Shown here piece after piece: positions 54,801 to 64,000 of a stretch of DNA of 64,000 nucleotides (position 1 is its first letter; each line of letters starts with the position of its first letter). The stretch is from the NCBI GenBank assembly GCA_964016885.1, contig OZ024742.1:163742001-163806000 (forward strand), given 5' to 3'. Below the pieces are notes generated by a model, which saw only the letters and a program-made list of their open reading frames with translations, was not told the DNA's origin and did not search any database. This DNA is from Eledone cirrhosa (lineage: Eukaryota). The translations under genes and the position numbers were made by a program.

Positions 54801-56089
54801 CTTGGCTGGCGGGAAATTATCTCCCCTTGGACGGCTGGAAATTATCTCCCCTTGGAAGGATGGAAATTATCTCCCCTTGGACGGCTGGAAATTATCTCCC
54901 CTTGCACGGCTGGAAATTATCTCCCCTTGGACAGCTGGAAATTATCTGCCCTTGATTTTGTTTTTACAAATTATCTCCCCCTGATTTTTTTTACAAATTA
55001 TCTCCACCTGATTTTTTAAAAAATTATCTCCCCTTGGACGGCTGGAAATTATCTCCCCTTGGCTGGAAATTATCTCTCCTTGGACGGCTGGAAATTATCT
55101 CCCTTTGATTTTTTTACAAATTATCTCCCTCTGATTTTTTTTACAAATTTCCCCCTGATTTAAAAAAAAAAATTATCTCCCCTTCGCTGGCTGGAAATTA
55201 TCTCCCCTTGGACACTGGAAATTATAGCCCCTTGGAGGGCTGGAAATTATCTTCCCTTGGACGGCTGGAAATTATCTCCCCTTGATTTTTTTTACAAATT
55301 ATCTCCCCCTGATTTTTTTTTACAAATTATCTCCCCCTGATTTTTTTTTACAAATTATCTCCGCCTGATTTTTTTTTAAAAATTATCTCTCCTTGGACGG
55401 CTGGAAATTATCTCCCCTTGATTTTTTTTTACAAATTATCTCCCTCTGATTTTTTTTACAAATTATCTCCCCCTGATTTTTTTTTACAAATTATCTACCC
55501 CTGATTTTTTTTTACAAATTATCTCCCCCTGATTTTTTTTACAAATTATCTCCCCCTGATTTTTTTTACAAATTATCTCCCCCTGATTTTTTTACAAATT
55601 ATCTCCCCCTGATTTTTTTTACAAATTATCTCCGCCTAATTTTTTTAAATATTATCTTCCCTTGGCTGGCGGGAAATTATCTCCCCTTGGACGGCTGAAA
55701 ATTATCTCCCCTTGGACGGCTGGAAATTATCTCCCCTTGATTTTTTTACAAATTATCTCCCCCTGATTATTTTTTACAAATTATCTCCCCCTGATTTTTT
55801 TTTACAAATTATCTCCCCCTGATTTTTTTTAAAAATTATCTCCCCCTGATTTTTTTACAAATTATCTCCCCTTGCTGGCTGGTAATTATCTCCCCTTGGA
55901 GGCTGGAATTTATCACCCCTTGGACGGTTAGAAATTACCTCTCCTTGGACGGCTGGAAAATATGTCTCCTTGGACGGCTGGAAATTATCTCCCCTTGGAC
56001 GGCTGGAAATTATCTCCCCTTGGACGGCTGGAAATTATCTCTCCTTGGACGGCTAGAAATTACCTCTCCTTGGACGGCTGAAAATTATC

Positions 56090-59000
56090 TCCCCTTGGAC
56101 GGCTGGAAATTATCTCCCCTTGATTTTTGTTACAAATTATCTCCCCCTGATTTTTTTTTACAAATTATCTCCCCCTGATTTTTTTTTACAAATTATCTCC
56201 CCCTGATATTTTTTACAAATCATCTCCCCCTGATTTTTTTACAAATTATCTCCCCTTGGCTGGCTGGAAATTATCTCCTCTTGGACGGCTGGAAATTATC
56301 TCCCCTTGGGCGGCTAGATATTACCTCCCCTTGGACTACTGGAAATTATCTCCCCTTGATTTTTTTTACAAATTATCTCCCCCTGATTTTTTTTTACAAA
56401 TTATCTCCCCCTGATTTTTTTTTACGAATTATCTCCGCCTAATTTTTTTTAAAAAATGATCTCCCCTTGGACGGCTGGAAATTATCTGCCCTTGGACGGC
56501 TGGAAATTATCTCCCCTTGGACGGCTAGAAATTACCTCTCCTTGGACGGCTGAAAATTATCTCCCCTTGGACGGCTGCAAATTATCTCCCCTTGATTTTT
56601 TTAACAAATTATCTCCCCCTGATTTTTTTTACAAATTATCTCCCCCTGATTTTTTTTACAAATTATCTACGCCTAATTTTTTTTACAAATTATCTCCCCC
56701 TGATTTTTTTTTACAAATTATCTCCCCCCTGATTTTTTTTACAATCTCCGCCTGATTTTTTTAAAAATTATCTTACCTTGGCTGGCGGGAAATTATCTCC
56801 CCTTGGACGGCTGGAAATTATATCCCCTTGGAAGGATGGAAATTATCTCCCCTTGGACGGCTGGAAATTATCTCCCCTTGGACGGCTGGAAATTATCTCC
56901 CCTTGGACAGCTGGAAATTATCTGCCCTTGATTTTGTTTTTACAAATTATCTGCCCCTGATTTTTTTTACAAATTATCTCCACCTGATCTTTTAAAAAAT
57001 TATCTCCCCTTGGACGGCAGTAAATTATCTCTCCTTGGCTGGAAATTATCTCCCCTTGGACGGCTAGAAATTATCTCTATTTGGACGGCTGGAAATTATC
57101 TCCCTTTGATTTTTTTTACAAATTATCTCCCTCTGATTTTTTTACAAATCTTCCCCTGATTTTTTTTAAAAATTATCTCCCCTTGGACGGCTGGAAATTA
57201 TCTCCCCTTGGACGGCTGGAAATTATCTCCCCTTGGACGGCTAGAAATTACCTCTCCTTGGACGACTGAAAATTATCTCCCCTTGGACGGCTGCAAATTA
57301 TCTCCCCTTGGACGGCTGGAATTTATCTCCCCTTGGAGGGCTGGAAATTATCTCCCCTTGGAGGCTAGAAATTACCTCTCCTTGGACGGCTGAAAATTAT
57401 CTCCCCTTGGACGGCTGGAAATTATCTCCCCTTGATTTTTTTACAAATTATCTCCCCCTGATTTTTTTTTACAAATTATCTCCCCCTGATTTTTTTTTAC
57501 AAATTATCTCCCCCTGATTTTTTTTTACAAATTATCACCCCCTGATTTTTATTTACAAATTATCTTCCCCTGATTTTTTTTTACAAATTATCTCCCTGAA
57601 TTTTTACCAATTATCTCCCCATGATTTTTTTACAAATTATCTCCCCTGATTTTTTTACAAATTATCTCCGCCTGATTTTTTTAAAAATTATCTTCCCTTG
57701 GCTGGCGGGAAATTATCTCCCCTTGGACGGCTGGAAATTATCTACCCTTGCACGGCTGGAAATTATCTCCCCTTGGACGGCCAGAAATTACCTCTCCTTG
57801 GACGGCTGAAAATTATCTCCCCTTGGACGGCTGGAAATTATCTCCCCTTGGCTGGAAATTATCTCCCCTTGGACGGCTAGAAATTATCTCTCTTTGGACG
57901 GCTGGAAATTATCTCCCCTTGATTTTTATTACAAATTATCTCCCCCTGATTTTTTAAAAAAAAATTATCTCCCCTTCGCTGGCTGGAAATTATCTTCCCT
58001 TGGACGGCTGGAAATTATCTCCCCTTGATTTTTTTACAAATTATCTCCGCCTGATTTTTTTAAAAAAATTATCTCCCCTTGGACGGCTGGAAATTATCTC
58101 CCCTTGGACGGCTGGAAATTATCTCCCCTTGGACGGCTAGAAATTACCTCTCCTTGGACGGCTGAAAATTATCTCCCCTTGGACGGCTGCAAATTATCTC
58201 CCCTTGATTTTTTTTACAAATTATCTCCCCCTGATTTTTTTTTACAAATTATCTCCTCCTGATTTTTTTTACAAATTATCTACCCCTGATTTTTTTTACA
58301 AATTATCTCCCCCTGATTTTTTTTTACAAATTATCTCCCCCTGATTTTTTTTTACAAATTATCTCCCCCTGATTTTTTTTCTACAAATTATCTCCCCCTG
58401 ATTTTTTTACAAATTATCTCCCCCTGATTTTTTTTACAATCTCCGCCTGATTATTTTAAAAATTATCTTCCCTTGGCTGGCGGGAAATTATCTCCCCTTG
58501 GACGGCTGGAAATTATCTCCCCTTGGAAGGATGGAAATTGTCTCTCCTTGGACGGCTGGAAATTATCTCCCCTTGCACGGCTGGAAATTATCTCCCCTTG
58601 GACAGCTGGAAATTATCTGCCCTTGATTTTGTTTTTACAAATTATCTCCCCCTGATTTTTTTTACAAATTATCTCCACCTGATTTTTTAAAAAATTATCT
58701 CCCCTTGGACGGCTGGAAATTATCTCCCCTTGATTTTTTTTACAAATTATCTCCCCCTGATTTTTTTTTACAAATTATCTCCCCCTGATTTTTTTTAAAA
58801 ATTATCTCTCCTTGGACGGCTGGATATTATCTCCCCTTTCATTTTTTTTACAAATTATCTCCCCCTGATTTTTTTTACAAATTATCTCCCCCTGATTTTT
58901 TTTTACAAATTATCTCCGCCTGATTTTTTTAAAAAAATTATCTCCCCTTGGACGGCTGGAAATTATCTCCCCTTGGACGGCTGGAAATTATCTCCCCTTG

Positions 59001-62000
59001 GACGGCTAGAAATTACCTCTCCTTGGACGGCTGAAAATTATCTCCCCTTGGACGGCTGCAAATTATCTCCCCTTGATTTTTTTTACAAATTATCTCCCCC
59101 TGATTTTTTTTTACAAATTATCTCCTCCTGATTTTTTTTACAAATTATCTACCCCTGATTTTTTTTACAAATTATCTCCCCCTGATTTTTTTTACAAATT
59201 ATCTCCCCCTGATTTTTTTTTACAAATTATCTCCCCCTGATTTTTTTTCTACAAATTATCTCCCCCTGATTTTTTTACAAATTATCTCCCCCTGATTTTT
59301 TTTACAATCTCCGCCTGATTATTTTAAAAATTATCTTCCCTTGGCTGGCGGGAAATTATCTCCCCTTGGACGGCTGGAAATTATCTCCCCTTGGAAGGAT
59401 GGAAATTGTCTCTCCTTGGACGGCTGGAAATTATCTCCCCTTGCACGGCTGGAAATTATCTCCCCTTGGACAGCTGGAAATTATCTGCCCTTGATTTTGT
59501 TTTTACAAATTATCTCCCCCTGATTTTTTTTACAAATTATCTCCACCTGATTTTTTAAAAAATTATCTCCCCTTGGACGGCTGGAAATTATCTCCCCTTG
59601 ATTTTTTTTACAAATTATCTCCCCCTGATTTTTTTTTACAAATTATCTCCCCCTGATTTTTTTTTACAAATTATCTTCGCCTGATTTTTTTTAAAAATTA
59701 TCTCTCCTTGGACGGCTGGATATTATCTCCCCTTTCATTTTTTTTACAAATTATCTCCCCCTGATTTTTTTTTACAAATTATCTCCCCCTGATTTTTTTT
59801 TACAAATTATCTACCCCTGATTTTTTTTTACAAATTATCTCCCCCTGATTTTTTTTACAAATTATCTCCCCCTGATTTTTTTTTTACAAATTATCTCCCC
59901 CTGATTTTTTTACAAATTATCTCCCCCTGATTTTTTTTACAAATTATCTCCGCCTGATTTTTTTAAATATTATCTTCCCTTGGCTGGCGGGAAATAATCT
60001 CCCCTTGGACGGCTGAAAATTATCTCCCCTTGGACGGCTGGAAATTATCTCCCCTTGATTTTTTTTACAAATTATCTCCCCCTAATTTTTTTTTACAAAT
60101 TATCTCCCCCTGATTTTTTTTTACAAATTATCTCCCCCTGATTTTTTTTTACAAATTATCTCCCCCTGATTTTTTTTACAAATTATCTCCCCATGATTTT
60201 TTTACAAATTATCTCCCCTTGGCTGGCTGGAAATTATCTCCCCTTGGAGGCTGGAATTAATCTCCCCTTGGACGGCTAGAAATTACCTCTCCTTGGACGG
60301 CTGGAAAATATGTCTCCTTGGACGGCTGGATATTATCTACCCTTGGACGGCTGGAAATTATCTCCCCTTGGACGGCTAGATATTACCTCCCCTTGGACGG
60401 CTGGAAATTATCTCGCCTTGATTTTCTTTACAAATTATCTCCCCCTGATTTTTTTTACAAATTATCTCCCCCTGATTTTTTTTACAAATTATCTCCCCTT
60501 GGCTGGCTGGAAATTATCTCCCCTTGGAGGCTGGAATTTATCTCCCCTTGGACGGCTAGAAATTACCTCTCCTTGGACGGCTGGAAAATATGTCTCCTTG
60601 GACGGCTGGATATTATCTACCCTTGGACGGCTGGAAATTATCTCCCCTTGGACGGCTGGAAATTATCTCCCCTTGGACGGCTGAAAATTATCTCCCCTTG
60701 GACGGCTGGAAATTATCTCCCCTTGATTTTTTTACAAATTATCTCCCCCTGATTATTTTTTACAAATTATCTCCCCCTGATTTTTTTTTACAAATTATCT
60801 CCCCCTGATTTTTTTTACAAATTATCTCCCCCTGATTTTTTTACAAATTATCTCCCCTTGGCTGGCTGGAAATTATCTCCCCTTGGAGGCTGGAATTTAT
60901 CACCCCTTGGACGGTTAGAAATTACCTCTCCTTGGACGGCTGGAAAATATGTCTCCTTGGACGGCTGGAAATTATCTCCCCTTGGACGGCTGGAAATTAT
61001 CTCCCCTTGGACGGCTGGAAATTATCTCTCCTCGGACGGCTAGAAATTACCTCTCCTTGGACGGCTGAAAATTATCTCCCCTTGGACGGCTGGAAATTAT
61101 CTCCCCTTGATTTTTTTTACAAATTATCTCCCCCTGATTTTTTTTTACAAATTATCTCCCCCTGATTTTTTTTTACAAATTATCTACCCCTGATTTTTTT
61201 TTACAAATTATCTCCCCCTGATTTTTTTTACAAATTATCTCCCCCTGATTTTTTTTTACAAATTATCTCCCCCTGATTTTTTTAAAAAATTATCTCCCCC
61301 TGATTTTTTTACAAATTATCTCCCCTTGGCTGGCTGGAAATTATCTCCCCTTGGAGGCTGGAATTTATCACCCCTTGGACGGTTAGAAATTACCTCTCCT
61401 TGGACGGCTGGAAAATATGTCTCCTTGGACGGCTGGAAATTATCTCCCCTTGGACGGCTGGAAATTATCTCTCCTCGGACGGCTAGAAATTACCTCTCCT
61501 TGGACGGCTGAAAATTATCTTCCCTTGGACGGCTGGAAATTATCTCCCCTTGCACGGCTGGAAATTATCTCCCCTTGTACAGCTGGAAATTATCTCCCCC
61601 TAATTTTTTTTCACAAATTATCTCCCCCTGATTTTTTTTTACAAATTATCCCCCTGATTTTTTTTTACAAATTATCTCCCCCTGATTTTTTTTACAAATT
61701 ATCTCCCCATGATTTTTTTACAAATTATCTCCCCTTGGCTGGCTGGAAATTATCTCCCCTTGGAGGCTGGAATTAATCTCCCCTTGGACGGCTAGAAATT
61801 ACCTCTCCTTGGACGGCTGGAAAATATTTCTCCTTGGACGGCTGGATATTATCTACCCTTGGACGGCTGGAAATTATCTCCCCTTGGACGGCTGGAAATT
61901 ATCTCCCCTTGGACGGCTAGATATTACCTCCCCTTGGACGGCTGGAAATTATCTCCCCTTGATTTTTCTTACAAATTATCTCCCCCTGATTATTTTTTAC

Positions 62001-64000
62001 AAATTATCTCTTCCTGATTTTTTTTACAAATTATCTCCCCCTGATTTTTTTTACAAATTATCTCCCCCTGATATTTTTACAAATTATCTCCCCTTGGCTG
62101 GCTGGAAATTATCTCCCCTTGGAGGCTGGAATTTATCTCCCATTGGACGGCTAGAAAATACCTCTCCTTGGACGGCTGGAAATTATCTCCCCTTGGACGG
62201 CTGGAAATTATCTCCCCTTGGACGGCTGGAAATTATCTCTCCTTGGACGGCTAGAAATTACCTCTCCTTGGACGGCTGAAAATTATCTCCCCTTGGACGG
62301 CTGGAAATTATCTCCCCTTGATTTTTGTTACAAATTATCTCCCCCTGATTTTTTTTTACAAATTATCTCCCCCTGATTTTTTTTTACAAATTATCTCCCC
62401 CTGATTTTTTTTACAAATCATCTCCCCCTGATTTTTTTACAAATTATCTCCCCTTGGCTGGCTGGAAATTATCTCCCCTTGGAGGCTGGAATTTATCTCC
62501 CCTTGGACGGCTAGAAATTACCTCTCCTTGGACGGCTAGAAAATATGTCTCCTTGGACGGCTGGAAATTATCTCCCCTTGGACGGCTGGAAATTATCTCC
62601 TCTTGGAAGGCTGGAAATTATCTCCCCTTGGGCGGCTAGATATTACCTCCCCTTGGACTACTGGAAATTATCTCCCCTTGATTTTTTTTACAAATTATCT
62701 CCCCCTGATTTTTTTTTACAAATTATCTCCCCCTGATTTTTTTTTACGAATTATCTCCGCCTAATTTTTTTTTAAAAATGATCTCCCCTTGGACGGCTGG
62801 AAATTATCTGCCCTTGGACGGCTGGAAATTATCTCCCCTTGGACGGCTAGAAATTACCTCTCCTTGGACGGCTGAAAATTATCTCCCCTTGGACGGCTGC
62901 AAATTATCTCCCCTTGATTTTTTTAACAAATTATCTCCCCCTGATTTTTTTTACAAATTATCTCCCCCTGATTTTTTTTACAAATTATCTACGCCTAATT
63001 TTTTTTACAAATTATCTCCCCCTGATTTTTTTTACAAATTATCTCCCCCTGATTTTTTTTTTACAAATTATCTCCCCCCTGATTTTTTTTACAATCTCCG
63101 CCTGATTTTTTAAAAAATTATCTTACCTTGGCTGGCGGGAAATTATCTCCCCTTGGACGGCTGGAAATTATATCCCCTTGGAAGGATGGAAATTATCTCC
63201 CCTTGGACGGCTGGAAATTATCTCCCCTTCGACGGCTGGAAATTATCTCCCCTTGGACAGCTGGAAATTATCTGCCCTTGATTTTGTTTTTACAAATTAT
63301 CTCCCCCTGATTTTTTTTACAAATTATCTCCACCTGATCTTTTAAAAAATTATCTCCCCTTGGACGGCAGTAAATTATCTCTCCTTGGCTGGAAATTATC
63401 TCCCCTTGGATGGCTAGAAATTATCTCTATTTGGACGGCTGGAAATTATCTCCCTTTGATTTTTTTTACAAATTATCTCCCTCTGATTTTTTTACAAATC
63501 TTCCCCTGATTTTTTTTAAAAATTATCTCCCCTTGGACGGCTGGAAATTATCTCCCCTTGGACGGCTGGAAATTATCTCCCCTTGGACGGCTAGAAATTA
63601 CCTCTCCTTGGACGACTGAAAATTATCTCCCCTTGGACGGCTGCAAATTATCTCCCCTTGGACGGCTGGAATTTATCTCCCCTTGGAGGGCTGGAAATTA
63701 TCTCCCCTTGGAGGCTAGAAATTACCTCTCCTTGGACGGCTGAAAATTATCTCCCCTTGGACGGCTGGAAATTATCTCCCCTTGATTTTTTTACAAATTA
63801 TCTCCCCCTGATTTTTTTTTACAAATTATCCCCCCTGATTTTTTTTTACAAATTATCTCCCCCTGATTTTTTTTTACAAATTATCACCCCCTGATTTTTA
63901 TTTACAAATTATCTTCCCCTGATTTTTTTTACAAATTATCTCCCTGAATTTTTACCAATTATCTCCCCATGATTTTTTTACAAATTATCTCCCCTGATTT
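56090..64000 (+). repeat. Pair of related blocks (~56090-57660 and ~62290-64000) at offset ~6.2-6.35 kb
   Basis: ORF pairs 56456/62778, 56778/63128 and 57208/63558. Shared private variants are TCTTACCTTG, CACCTGATCT, AAATCTTCCCC and TCTCCCTGAATTTTTACCAA. Confidence 0.88.
58035..59800 (+). repeat. Local tandem duplication of ~868-869 bp
   Basis: ORF pair 58473/59341. The private variants GGAAATTGTCTCTCC, CTGATTATTTTAAAA and TCTCCTCCTG are each present in both copies at 868-869 bp spacing. Confidence 0.92.

Larger units (their letters stand above)
1..64000 (+). repeat. Composite tandem satellite array of two related monomers: A (25 bp, GGAAATTATCTCCCCTTGGACGGCT) and B (26-29 bp, ACAAATTATCTCCCCCTGA-T7..10), head-to-tail in one orientation and running off both window ends
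   Basis: The core AAATTATCTCCCC, or a close variant, recurs every ~21-29 bp from the first line to the last. I saw no unique sequence and no reverse-complement copy (GGGGAGATAATTT) on the + strand. Confidence 0.99.

Noticed and set aside
41-63894. The many short + strand ORFs (LDGWKLSPLGRLEIISPWTAGNYLP and YKLSPPDFF/TNYLPLIFF repeats)
   Set aside because: Consensus monomer A has no stop codon in any + frame and B has a single TGA, so ORFs arise automatically. They overlap in all three frames, mostly start at TTG, and are frameshifted by T-tract length. The minus strand has TAA in every core, which explains its lack of ORFs.
1-64000. CRISPR-like repeat-spacer pattern (constant core plus variable linker)
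   Set aside because: The core is only 13 bp, the linkers are 8-16 bp and of just two recurring types rather than unique spacers, and there is no leader or cas gene.
1-64000. A/B run pattern as an information-bearing code or programmed rearrangement system
   Set aside because: The pattern is explained by nested duplications and in-register deletions. No recombinase, reverse transcriptase or expression site is present in the window.

Overview
The whole 64 kb window is one uninterrupted, single-orientation tandem satellite array. I see no credible genes, RNA genes, transposons or CRISPR array. It is built from two monomer types that share a 13-bp core, AAATTATCTCCCC. Type A is 25 bp (GGAAATTATCTCCCCTTGGACGGCT) and type B is 26-29 bp (ACAAATTATCTCCCCCTGA followed by T7-T10). 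Runs of A and B alternate, with roughly 2,400-2,500 monomers in total (estimated from length). Variant monomers occur in fixed-order cassettes with junction-specific sequences. These are nested in higher-order repeats of about 0.87, 6, 10.2, 12.3 and 27.8 kb, whose relative ages and breakpoints can be read from diagnostic variants. All listed ORFs are by-products of the repeat. The architecture is typical of eukaryotic heterochromatic, centromeric or subtelomeric satellite, but the organism and function cannot be determined from sequence alone, and I do not recognise the family.
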